From: TPA_inf: Saccharomyces
Lineage: Eukaryota
Direction: 5' to 3'
Assembly (NCBI GenBank): GCA_000146045.2
Contig: BK006939.2
Location: 448,001-512,000 of the forward strand
Length of the DNA: 64,000 nucleotides
The position numbers and the translations under genes are program-made. How positions within the stretch are numbered: the first letter of the stretch is position 1; each line of letters opens with the position of its first letter. Under the pieces are notes generated by a model that was not told the origin of the DNA, ran no database searches, and saw only the letters and a program-made list of their open reading frames with translations. This document shows, one piece after another, positions 1 through 9,805 of the stretch.

Positions 1-1024
1 CTAAGAACAGTTCAGCGACTGTCATATTTAGATGTCGATGACGTGTGTAGCGTAAAAATTTATATTCGCCAGATAGACCTCTCATAATTAATTGGCATGC
101 GACCTTGTTATTGATATGAATGCCATTATTGTTCAGTCTGTCGATAATGTTTGTGACTTTTGTTTCAAATGCATCTGCAGGTGTACTGCCATTATATTGC
201 AAATTTGCCAGGGTCACAATGTCGTTTGCCTCTTGGGTATCAGATTGCATTTTTTCAATACTTTTGGAAAGAATTTTCATGATATCCGTATAATCAACGG
301 ATAGGATGTCTTTGACCCAGGTAGGTAGGAATTGAGAGGGAGCAAATATTTGAAAAGTGTTATACAAGAAGGTGAGTTCATCATCAGTGATCTGACGTAC
401 GGGTTTTCCGTTTACTGTCGGAATAATACCACCGAGATTCGAGTTTTGTAAAAATTTGATGTATGTTTTAACCCAATTTGGAAAGTCATTAGGTGAGGTT
501 AACATTGGTGGTGGTCTGACATATTTTTTAGTGGATGTCATATCAGAGTCCGCTGAGGATGAATCAGTAAATGTATTACCTGACTCAGGTGATGGAGTGC
601 TCAGAGGCGTTCCAACTGATGATGGATACTGCGGAAACTGTGATTGTGGCCCAGGTGGAAAGTACATAGGCGACATTTGATAAGGTGTATACGGAATCAT
701 AGATGGGTGTCCGTAAAATGACCAACCAGATGGATTGGCTTGGTTTTGGGTCATCATGCACTGCTGTGGGTACGGCCCATTCTGTGGAGGTGGTACTGAA
801 GCAGGTTGAGGAGAGGCATGATGGGGGTTCTCTGGAACAGCTGATGAAGCAGGTGTTGTTGTCTGTTGAGAGTTAGCCTTAGTGGAAGCCTTCTCACATT
901 CTTCTGTTTTGGAAGCTGAAACGTCTAACGGATCTTGATTTGTGTGGACTTCCTTAGAAGTAACCGAAGCACAGGCGCTACCATGAGAAATGGGTGAATG
1001 TTGAGATAATTGTTGGGATTCCAT
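1..1024 (-). CDS. TYA: Ty1 TYA (Gag), N-terminal portion. The ORF runs off the window start.
   Basis: ATG at 1024 on the minus strand, starting MESQQLS. The translation matches the 440-aa TYA ORF of copy 2 (48802..50124). The start lies 39 nt inside the LTR, as in Ty1. Confidence 0.85.
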
Positions 1025-1320
1025 TGTTGATAAAGGCTATAATATTAGGTATACAGAATATACTAGAAGTTCTCCTCGAGGATATAGGAATCCTCAAAAT
1101 GGAATCTATATTTCTACATACTAATATTACGATTATTCCTCATTCCGTTTTATATGTTTATATTCATTGATCCTATTACATTATCAATCCTTGCGTTTCA
1201 GCTTCCACTAATTTAGATGACTATTTCTCATCATTTGCGTCATCTTCTAACACCGTATATGATAATATACTAGTAATGTAAATACTAGTTAGTAGATGAT
1301 AGTTGATTTCTATTCCAACA
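985..1320 (-). repeat. Ty1 5' LTR (delta), 336 bp, belonging to copy 1.
   Basis: It has the TGAGAAATGGGTGAATGTTGAGATAATTGTTGGGATTCCATTG ... TATTCCAACA termini. It aligns with 50085..50421. Confidence 0.85.
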
Positions 1321-1630
1321 CATCTACTAACTAGTATTTACGTTACTAGTATATTATCATATACGGTGTTAGAAGATGACGCAAATGATGAGAAATAGTC
1401 ATCTAAATTAGTGGAAGCTGAAACGCAAGGATTGATAATGTAATAGGATCAATGAATATTAACATATAAAACGATGATAATAATATTTATAGAATTGTGT
1501 AGAATTGCAGATTCCCTTTTATGGATTCCTAAATCCTCGAGGAGAACTTCTAGTATATCTACATACCTAATATTATAACCTTAATCACAATGGAATCCCA
1601 ACAATTACATCAAAATCCACATTCTCTACA
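1321..1630 (+). repeat. Solo delta LTR of Ty1/Ty2 type, 5'-truncated by about 22 nt. It is inverted relative to the neighbouring Ty1 LTR and carries the first codons of a gag ORF.
   Basis: Its sequence, CATCTACTAACTAGTATTTACGTTACTAG ... ATGGAATCCCAACAATTACATCAAAATCCACATTCTCTACA, is almost identical to the solo delta at 39834..40165. Confidence 0.8.
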
Positions 1631-1744
1631 AATGAAGAAACTGCTTATAGTCAATTGAACGATTTACCGGTATTTTAACGCCATTATATATATTAGTAAA
1701 AAGATGGCGTATATTGATGGACTAACAGGGTCAAATAAAATCAT

Positions 1745-2005
1745 GAATTGACTAGTATATACTTATAAGTATATCGTTCTACACAAACTAGGAAGATGAC
1801 ATACATGATGAGAATTGGTTATCAAATTCCATGGATGCCGAAACGTAAAAGATTTACTAAATAGTAGGATAATTATTGATAACATACAAAACAAAAAAAA
1901 AAGAGACAATATTATTATCTAGAAGTGTCGACTTCCTTCTGTGGGTTTCCTATGTTCTCGAAGAGAGCTTCAAGTGTATTCTATAAACTAAGAATATTAG
2001 TTTAA
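1745..2005 (+). repeat. Degenerate delta-like LTR relic.
   Basis: About 70% similarity to the delta consensus, including GAAGATGAC..ATGATGAGAA..GGAAGC..GAAACG and TCCT..TCTCGAAGAGAGCTTCAAGTGTATTCTATAAACTAAGAATATTAG. Confidence 0.45.
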
Positions 2006-2562
2006 CGAAAGATCGAAGTCAGACACCTATCTAACTTTCATTAAATTATCACACAAAAATCCCACATACTCTCGTCTTGCTAAACAAATAATAAATTGAA
2101 GGTGAACGATTCTTCTTGCAGCGTCCTAGCTGTTGGGTCGTCTTAGATAAATATCTACTGTTCTGAATTGCCAAATTTTCCTTCTATTGTATCCATTCGA
2201 TGCTGGACGGCCAGTTCTACCGTTATTGCCCAAAAGGAAGGAACGTCGCGATACTTCAACACATTAAATACTTGTTGATTTTCGAACCAAAACTCTGAAG
2301 CAACACTTTCGTATATGGATGGCCCTTCAGAGAAACCAATAGGTATGTAAAGAATTGCTACGTGGTGACTCAAAGTGAATTATAGCAAAGTTATAAAAGC
2401 GCTACATTGTAGAAAATTGAGAACCACATTTTGACATACACGAATAACAGTATTTTTGTCCTGGCGCTGTAAAGTATTTTAAGTTATGATGATGAATTAA
2501 CTATTTTCAGCCAATGAAACGTCCATAATCTGTTCTGAATTTAGGTGCATTGATATAGCCGG

Positions 2563-3243
2563 TCAATCTTCCCTTGTGAAATCACCCAAAATGCTGGGAT
2601 TATCATTCTCAACAATTTTGATTTGTGCCAACCACTTCGATAAATCATCTTCCAGCTCAGTATCATCTTTTTCTGTAGTCCCACTGTCAGGATTTAATCC
2701 TAACTTTTTGAGACCGGATATCAATGATTTAATGTCTTCTTCGGATGCCTTTTCTCTTAGCAACTCTTCAAACAAAGTCACTTTGAAATCTATATCGTGT
2801 TTGTCCTGTTCAGGATCTTCAAATAGGTGAACCCCTGTTCTTGCAAATAAAGCTTCATCAGATAGTTGCACTTGATAAAATTGGGAACATCTAAAATGGA
2901 ACTTACTGCAATAGTGCGACAAATATGCATACGGATTGTTTTCTAATAAAAATTTCTTAGTAGTATCATTCATTGAAAATGGATCACGTATTCTTTCTGG
3001 CGATTTACCGCAAAGAGGATATCCGCATCTTTTGTTTAGATTCCTCTCATCTACTAGGTCTTGATACATATCCGGTGTGAGAAATCGGCCCAAATATTTC
3101 AATGTTTTCTCATCCTTGCATTCTGAATCACATAATAAGCCTATAATCTCTAAAGTTATAACTTCTGCTTCATGCATGGAAAGTTGCCTGTGCTTTTGGA
3201 AAGGGATTAACGCCGTTTCCTTAATATCTTCAATCGTCGCCAT
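2563..3243 (-). CDS. RTR1: RNA polymerase II CTD phosphatase Rtr1 (RPAP2 family, zinc finger), 226 aa.
   Basis: A 226-aa ORF starting MATIEDIKETALIPFQKHRQ with a CGYPLCGK...C zinc-finger motif. Its length and position next to EMP65 match YER139C. Confidence 0.85.
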   Translation of the reverse strand: MATIEDIKETALIPFQKHRQLSMHEAEVITLEIIGLLCDSECKDEKTLKYLGRFLTPDMYQDLVDERNLNKRCGYPLCGKSPERIRDPFSMNDTTKKFLLENNPYAYLSHYCSKFHFRCSQFYQVQLSDEALFARTGVHLFEDPEQDKHDIDFKVTLFEELLREKASEEDIKSLISGLKKLGLNPDSGTTEKDDTELEDDLSKWLAQIKIVENDNPSILGDFTRED

Positions 3244-3564
3244 TTCTTATTCTTGTTAACTTCGTCCTAATTTTTCAAACTAAGATGCCGATGTATAGAT
3301 ATTTTAGACTGGGAATGTTTATGAATTGTTCAATTCGCTCCTCAATGTGTCTCTTTCTTCACTTTTCCATTGCTTTTGACCACTTCTGGATGCCAGCTGA
3401 TTTTGTATTGTAGTATTCCTATTTCGGACAAAAATATCGGAAAGAGATGAAATAAGAAAATTAGTTACTTTTAATATCACGATGCTGTCTCTGAATCGAC
3501 CTGATCGATCTATAAGGTGTATATATTATTCTACCGAGTAATCCAAAAAAAAAGCAGCACTCCC

Positions 3565-5235
3565 ATGCAACACAAGGATACGGCAGTAGCGAAGGACACA
3601 GCTAAAAAACGTTTACTGAGAAGAAATAGTGCGCCGTCAGCTATACATATAATTTCACGATTAGACAAAAAGTGGTCCTTCCTATGGAATACTATAGATA
3701 GACACAATATTGTTGAAGAGCAAGATGAAAGTAGCGCTGCAAAAAGCGAAGAAGAACATGAGGATGATTATGAATTGGAACAATTACTCAACATGATAAG
3801 AATACCAATGTTCCTGGAAAAGTTCATGCTCTTTGCACTTTTAACAAGCTTGGACTGTTTTTTGTATTACTTTACTGTATTACCGATACGACTGATAAAG
3901 GGATATGTAAAGCAATTCAAGAGTTATCGTCAGCATTATCGCCTGCAACAACGGTCTGGGCATAAGAATAAAATACCCTTTCGATATAGAATAACTTCAA
4001 GAGAATATAAAGAGAGATGTATGATTTTTATCATCGTGATTTCATCCATTTTGTTGAGCAAACTAGACACCTCAAAACTATATCACAGGATAAAACGGCA
4101 AAGTACGATGAAATTGTACATGCTATTCAGTGTACTGGAAATGGCGGACAAAATGTTGGCAAGTTTGGGCCAGAGCTTATTAACGGTTATGCTTTCTAGG
4201 AAAAACTCGGAACGGATATTACTGCATAAATGTTTGTTAGTGTCAATGAGCTTGACATATGTGACTATACACGGCTATGTATTGGTTTACCAGGCCATTT
4301 CATTAAACATAGCCGTGAATTCGTATTCCAATGCCTTGCTAACTTTATTACTATCCATGCAATTTGCAGAAATCAAATCATCGGTTTTAAAGAAATTTGA
4401 TAAGGAGGGATTTTTCCAAATAACCATTGCAGACGTAGTGGAAAGATTTAAGTTGACCTTATTATTGTCAATAACTGGCCTTAGGAACCTCCAGTCGTGG
4501 TCATCTTCATTATCGAACACAAGCATCAATTTCTGGAGTCCACGTTCCACATTATCAATCGTCATTAACATACTTTGTGGGCCGATGGTAAGCGTGGTAG
4601 GGAGTGAAGTGTTAGTGGATTGGGCAAAGCATGCTTACATCACAAAATTCAATCGGATCCGCCCACAGATATATGATAAGTTCTATTATATAATATACAA
4701 GGATTATTCTACGAGAACGCACAAATTAGAAGATAGATTGGGATTGCCTTTACCTGCATTCGTTGTCCTTTTTATTGTAATGGTGAGGCCAACACTTTTT
4801 AAATCATCGGAACCTTCTTACCTTCCTTCGCTATTTAGGATCCTCTTCATGGGGGCATCCGTGTTTTTACTAGCATTGTTGGCAAAATTTACACTAGATC
4901 TTATTTTAATCAAATGGAGCAAACGGATAGAGCAACGGTTCAGAGACCAAGCTTTCAATACCGTTGTAACTGAAGAAGAATACGTCCCAGGTTTACTCTC
5001 GGGCGGTATGGGTAAAGTCGACGTGTCTACAAGAATTGCATTACATTCTGATTACAATAAAGAGAATCGTATAGAGACCGAAAGTGTATCGCCAATGCGG
5101 AAAAGAAAAACTACTTTAACTGCTGAATGTACTCCTCCTAGCCTAAATGATATTAGAAGACAGAAAGATTCCAAGAATCCACGATCGCTTGAAAATGTCG
5201 CTCGCTATAAAATGGTTTCTAAAAGAATATGGTAA
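3565..5235 (+). CDS. EMP65: ER membrane protein Emp65 (YER140W), 556 aa, multi-pass membrane protein.
   Basis: The ORF track gives 572 aa from 3517. The internal Met at 3565 (MQHKDTAVAK) gives 556 aa. It contains several hydrophobic segments. Confidence 0.8.
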   Translation: MQHKDTAVAKDTAKKRLLRRNSAPSAIHIISRLDKKWSFLWNTIDRHNIVEEQDESSAAKSEEEHEDDYELEQLLNMIRIPMFLEKFMLFALLTSLDCFLYYFTVLPIRLIKGYVKQFKSYRQHYRLQQRSGHKNKIPFRYRITSREYKERCMIFIIVISSILLSKLDTSKLYHRIKRQSTMKLYMLFSVLEMADKMLASLGQSLLTVMLSRKNSERILLHKCLLVSMSLTYVTIHGYVLVYQAISLNIAVNSYSNALLTLLLSMQFAEIKSSVLKKFDKEGFFQITIADVVERFKLTLLLSITGLRNLQSWSSSLSNTSINFWSPRSTLSIVINILCGPMVSVVGSEVLVDWAKHAYITKFNRIRPQIYDKFYYIIYKDYSTRTHKLEDRLGLPLPAFVVLFIVMVRPTLFKSSEPSYLPSLFRILFMGASVFLLALLAKFTLDLILIKWSKRIEQRFRDQAFNTVVTEEEYVPGLLSGGMGKVDVSTRIALHSDYNKENRIETESVSPMRKRKTTLTAECTPPSLNDIRRQKDSKNPRSLENVARYKMVSKRIW

Positions 5236-5458
5236 TCTAAGATCCGCATTTATCGCGGCTTACGGCTTTCGGATATTTCGTATATTGCAAGGAGCAAAAA
5301 AGAAACCCTGCTTACTAAAAAGCTATTGTTTTGCAGTTTATAAGTTCTTGCCTTTTGAATTATTGATCTTTCCTTTATCGTTTATTTAGTTTCCTATTGT
5401 AACTTGGAACTGTATTATATAATAGTGCACAGCACTGAAGTTGTAACTACTGTACGTC

Positions 5459-6919
5459 ATGCTTTTCAGAAACATAGAAGTGGGCAGGCAGGCAGCTAAG
5501 CTATTAACGAGAACCTCGAGTCGTTTGGCCTGGCAAAGTATTGGGGCCTCAAGGAATATTTCTACCATCAGACAACAAATCAGAAAGACTCAACTATATA
5601 ATTTTAAGAAAACTGTGAGCATCCGTCCATTTTCTCTCTCCTCCCCTGTTTTTAAACCACATGTTGCTTCAGAATCAAACCCTATAGAATCACGTTTGAA
5701 GACCTCGAAGAATGTTGCTTACTGGTTAATAGGTACATCCGGTTTGGTATTTGGTATTGTTGTTCTTGGTGGGTTGACTAGACTAACAGAATCGGGGCTG
5801 AGTATTACCGAATGGAAACCTGTCACAGGTACTTTGCCCCCTATGAACCAGAAGGAATGGGAAGAAGAATTTATCAAGTATAAGGAATCACCAGAATTTA
5901 AATTGTTGAATTCTCACATTGATTTAGACGAGTTCAAGTTTATATTTTTTATGGAGTGGATTCATAGATTGTGGGGTCGTGCTATCGGCGCTGTTTTTAT
6001 ATTACCTGCAGTTTATTTCGCTGTATCTAAAAAAACTTCAGGCCATGTCAATAAGAGGTTGTTTGGTCTCGCAGGTTTATTAGGATTACAAGGATTTGTT
6101 GGTTGGTGGATGGTGAAGTCTGGTCTTGATCAAGAGCAACTAGACGCAAGAAAATCAAAGCCTACCGTTTCTCAATATAGACTTACTACGCATTTGGGTA
6201 CCGCCTTCTTTTTATACATGGGTATGCTCTGGACTGGTTTGGAAATATTGAGAGAATGTAAATGGATTAAGAACCCTGTTCAAGCCATTAGTCTCTTCAA
6301 AAAATTAGATAATCCCGCAATTGGCCCAATGAGAAAGATTTCTTTAGCTTTGTTAGCGGTGTCTTTCCTTACCGCTATGAGTGGCGGTATGGTTGCCGGT
6401 TTGGATGCTGGTTGGGTCTATAACACCTGGCCAAAAATGGGTGAACGATGGTTCCCTAGTTCTCGTGAATTAATGGACGAAAACTTCTGTAGAAGAGAGG
6501 ACAAGAAAGATCTGTGGTGGAGGAATTTGCTAGAAAACCCGGTTACAGTTCAGTTGGTCCATAGGACATGTGCGTACGTTGCGTTTACATCAGTACTAGC
6601 TGCTCATATGTACGCTATCAAAAAGAAGGCCGTAATTCCAAGGAACGCGATGACCTCTTTGCATGTTATGATGGGCGTCGTTACTTTACAAGCAACACTT
6701 GGTATTTTAACTATATTGTACCTAGTCCCAATATCGTTAGCTTCTATCCATCAAGCTGGTGCTTTGGCGTTGCTAACAAGTTCTTTGGTGTTTGCCTCTC
6801 AATTAAGGAAGCCAAGAGCTCCGATGAGAAACGTAATCATTACCTTGCCACATTCAAGCAAAGTAACTAGCGGTAAAATTTTAAGTGAAGCGTCGAAGTT
6901 AGCCTCGAAACCATTATAA
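5459..6919 (+). CDS. COX15: Heme A synthase Cox15, a mitochondrial inner-membrane protein, 486 aa.
   Basis: A 486-aa ORF with an N-terminal mitochondrial presequence (MLFRNIEVGRQAAKLLTRTSSRLAW), multiple transmembrane helices and the conserved His-containing heme A synthase regions. Confidence 0.9.
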   Translation: MLFRNIEVGRQAAKLLTRTSSRLAWQSIGASRNISTIRQQIRKTQLYNFKKTVSIRPFSLSSPVFKPHVASESNPIESRLKTSKNVAYWLIGTSGLVFGIVVLGGLTRLTESGLSITEWKPVTGTLPPMNQKEWEEEFIKYKESPEFKLLNSHIDLDEFKFIFFMEWIHRLWGRAIGAVFILPAVYFAVSKKTSGHVNKRLFGLAGLLGLQGFVGWWMVKSGLDQEQLDARKSKPTVSQYRLTTHLGTAFFLYMGMLWTGLEILRECKWIKNPVQAISLFKKLDNPAIGPMRKISLALLAVSFLTAMSGGMVAGLDAGWVYNTWPKMGERWFPSSRELMDENFCRREDKKDLWWRNLLENPVTVQLVHRTCAYVAFTSVLAAHMYAIKKKAVIPRNAMTSLHVMMGVVTLQATLGILTILYLVPISLASIHQAGALALLTSSLVFASQLRKPRAPMRNVIITLPHSSKVTSGKILSEASKLASKPL

Positions 6920-7145
6920 TGGATAAAGGTATTCTTATGAGAATTGACAGTATACTCGCTTTTCCGCTTTGTCGCTCCAATGGTTGGATTGTATGTGTGA
7001 GGCTTTTTCTTATTATATGTTGGTATCCCTACGAGAAGCTGTAAATATGAATTTCTTTAGTAGGCATCACACACAACAATAGGGTGTATTTATTTTTATT
7101 TTTTTTTTTCTTATATAAATGTCAGTAATACATGATATCTTTAAG

Positions 7146-8036
7146 TTAGGATTTCACGAAATTTTCTTCTGCCTTCATCATGGCATCTGTATTTGTGCTC
7201 GCGAGCCTCCAAAGTATGAACATAAACACAGACCTATACGGAGAAAATGTTTCAGAGCATTTTTCCATTATGTCGTCGTCATATATTTTCCAGTTGTATT
7301 TCTTATGCTTAATCTTACTCTTTTTAACTACTTTTCTTTCACGCATTAATTCTTTTTCCAATTCTGGCTTATCTGAAAGGTATTTTGAAAAACCCCTAGC
7401 AATACCTAGATCTTCAGGAGCAAATACATCCATTCTTTTCAATCCGGAGATCAAGAACATTTTGGCACTCCATGGGCCTATACCTTTTACATTCGTAACT
7501 AAACTTTCAATCACTTCCTCATCATTATCTTTTTGACCGAAGAGCTTTTCGATATCCTTATATTTTTCAGTAAAATAGACAGCAAGAGACTCTAGATATA
7601 TCATTTTCCTTTTACTCAATCCACATTTTGCGATTTCTGCACATTTTGCTGGGTCTTTGAAGTCTTCGAAAAGGATTTTGTAATCAGGAAATGCACCGCC
7701 ATAAAGACTGACAACCCTTGCCTTGATGCTTTCAGCTGCTTGGCCACTGATCTGTTGAGACAAAATTGTGCTTGCAAGCCTAATAAAATAATCTTCGAGT
7801 GTATTAGGGACTTGAGTCTCCTTCAAGTACAACGTAAATTCATTATTCTTAAGTATGGGAAAAAGTGATGGATCTTTCTCTAAAATGTGTTCGCAAGCCA
7901 TATTGAACTTTTCTTCATGTCTAGCAATATATTTCTCAGGAAGAGCAACCTCTAGAGGTCGAGACCCTAATTCTTTTGCTATTTCCTTAACAGCGTCTGC
8001 TTTTATTAACTCATCATACTCCCTTTTTAGTTTCAT
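7146..8036 (-). CDS. MAG1: 3-methyladenine DNA glycosylase Mag1, 296 aa.
   Basis: The ORF reads MVSMKLKREYDEL... The Met at 8036 (MKLKREYDELIK) gives 296 aa. It has a helix-hairpin-helix glycosylase fold signature and is transcribed divergently from DDI1. Confidence 0.88.
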   Translation of the reverse strand: MKLKREYDELIKADAVKEIAKELGSRPLEVALPEKYIARHEEKFNMACEHILEKDPSLFPILKNNEFTLYLKETQVPNTLEDYFIRLASTILSQQISGQAAESIKARVVSLYGGAFPDYKILFEDFKDPAKCAEIAKCGLSKRKMIYLESLAVYFTEKYKDIEKLFGQKDNDEEVIESLVTNVKGIGPWSAKMFLISGLKRMDVFAPEDLGIARGFSKYLSDKPELEKELMRERKVVKKSKIKHKKYNWKIYDDDIMEKCSETFSPYRSVFMFILWRLASTNTDAMMKAEENFVKS

Positions 8037-8177
8037 TGAGACCAATCCCTCTCTAGCTTCTCTTGATTCTCAGTAAAAAATTAAAAAGGAAAAGTACCAC
8101 TTCCATCGTCATATCAGAGGGCAGTGGCCAATTCTCATTGATTCATAGATAACTTAAACTTTATGTAAGAATTCCCG

Positions 8178-8209
8178 TCGCCACCCCGCCCTGTAAATTC
8201 ATCGCCACC
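8178..8209 (-). promoter_or_regulatory. Two copies of the GGTGGCGA motif (URS_MAG / PACE-like Rpn4 site) in the MAG1-DDI1 bidirectional promoter.
   Basis: TCGCCACC occurs at 8178-8185 and 8202-8209 on the plus strand. That is GGTGGCGA on the MAG1 strand, within the 282-bp divergent intergenic region. Confidence 0.6.
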
Positions 8210-8318
8210 GAAAAGATAATAATACCAAAATGATATATAAAGTAGGTCGAATAAGAAAGTATACTTAACGTAGTTAACAAAGTACATACCAAACATAACA
8301 GCAAAAATATACGTAAAG

Positions 8319-9605
8319 ATGGATTTAACAATTTCAAACGAACTTACTGGCGAGATATACGGCCCAATTGAAGTCAGTGAAGATATGGCTTTAACTGATC
8401 TAATAGCATTACTGCAGGCCGATTGCGGGTTTGACAAAACAAAACACGACTTATATTACAATATGGACATTCTAGACTCAAACAGAACTCAGTCTTTAAA
8501 AGAACTAGGGCTCAAAACCGATGACTTATTATTGATTAGGGGTAAGATTTCCAATTCCATTCAAACAGATGCTGCTACTTTGTCCGACGAAGCGTTCATA
8601 GAGCAATTTAGACAAGAGCTACTTAATAATCAAATGCTTAGATCACAACTCATTTTGCAAATCCCTGGATTGAATGATTTAGTAAATGACCCACTGTTGT
8701 TTAGGGAAAGATTGGGCCCGCTCATATTACAAAGACGTTATGGTGGCTATAACACCGCCATGAATCCTTTTGGCATCCCCCAAGATGAATATACTAGACT
8801 AATGGCCAACCCCGATGATCCTGACAACAAGAAGAGGATTGCAGAGCTTTTAGACCAACAAGCTATCGATGAACAGTTGCGCAATGCTATCGAATATACA
8901 CCTGAAATGTTTACCCAGGTCCCTATGCTTTACATTAATATCGAAATAAATAACTACCCCGTAAAGGCATTTGTAGATACAGGGGCTCAAACAACGATTA
9001 TGTCCACCAGGTTAGCGAAGAAAACTGGCCTGTCGAGAATGATTGACAAGAGATTTATTGGAGAAGCTCGTGGCGTAGGAACCGGCAAAATTATTGGGAG
9101 AATTCACCAAGCCCAAGTCAAAATAGAAACACAATATATTCCATGCAGTTTTACCGTCTTAGATACTGACATCGATGTTTTGATAGGACTAGACATGCTG
9201 AAAAGGCATTTGGCTTGTGTGGACTTAAAGGAAAACGTTCTTAGGATAGCAGAAGTGGAGACAAGCTTTTTGAGTGAAGCGGAAATCCCAAAAAGTTTTC
9301 AAGAAGGACTTCCAGCACCAACGTCAGTTACAACTTCGTCTGATAAGCCCCTAACACCCACCAAGACTAGTTCAACTCTACCACCACAACCGGGGGCTGT
9401 TCCTGCGCTTGCTCCAAGGACTGGTATGGGGCCAACACCTACGGGAAGAAGTACAGCCGGTGCTACAACGGCAACCGGGAGAACGTTTCCCGAACAAACG
9501 ATTAAACAGCTTATGGATCTAGGTTTCCCTAGGGATGCTGTGGTAAAGGCTCTTAAACAGACTAACGGAAATGCAGAATTTGCTGCATCCCTCCTTTTCC
9601 AATGA
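8319..9605 (+). CDS. DDI1: DNA-damage-inducible ubiquitin receptor and aspartyl protease Ddi1, 428 aa, with UBL, retropepsin-like domain and C-terminal UBA.
   Basis: A 428-aa ORF with a retroviral-type protease active site FVDTGAQTTIMS and a C-terminal UBA (IKQLMDLGFPRDAVVKALKQTNGNAEFAASLLF). Confidence 0.92.
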   Translation: MDLTISNELTGEIYGPIEVSEDMALTDLIALLQADCGFDKTKHDLYYNMDILDSNRTQSLKELGLKTDDLLLIRGKISNSIQTDAATLSDEAFIEQFRQELLNNQMLRSQLILQIPGLNDLVNDPLLFRERLGPLILQRRYGGYNTAMNPFGIPQDEYTRLMANPDDPDNKKRIAELLDQQAIDEQLRNAIEYTPEMFTQVPMLYINIEINNYPVKAFVDTGAQTTIMSTRLAKKTGLSRMIDKRFIGEARGVGTGKIIGRIHQAQVKIETQYIPCSFTVLDTDIDVLIGLDMLKRHLACVDLKENVLRIAEVETSFLSEAEIPKSFQEGLPAPTSVTTSSDKPLTPTKTSSTLPPQPGAVPALAPRTGMGPTPTGRSTAGATTATGRTFPEQTIKQLMDLGFPRDAVVKALKQTNGNAEFAASLLFQ

Positions 9606-9805
9606 GCAACCACTGATATTGTGATCGGCCTCTACGTATGTAGCCCATAACACAAATAGATAAGTATAAGGATGTACATACTTTCATTGTTTCGTCAATT
9701 GTTGTTTGTATTGTATATGATTGTACTTCTGTTAAGTATATAATATGCAGATTGTATTTGTGCCTCAATGTGCGCCATTCATGTGTTGCAAACCGGTAAT
9801 TTGAT

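Larger units (their letters stand above)
1..1320 (-). mobile_element. Ty1 LTR-retrotransposon, copy 1, cut by the window start (5' LTR plus N-terminal part of gag).
   Basis: Bases 1-1024 are near-identical to 49107-50124 of the second Ty1 copy. The LTR begins TGAGAAATGGG on the plus strand and ends TATTCCAACA, as expected for a minus-strand Ty1 LTR. Confidence 0.9.

Noticed and set aside
2155-2373. A 72-aa ORF downstream of RTR1.
   Set aside because: It is short, has no recognisable family, and lies in the 3' flank next to LTR debris. It is probably spurious.
6568-6870. A 100-aa ORF in an alternative frame within COX15.
   Set aside because: It is a same-strand alternative frame inside a conserved gene, with no independent support.
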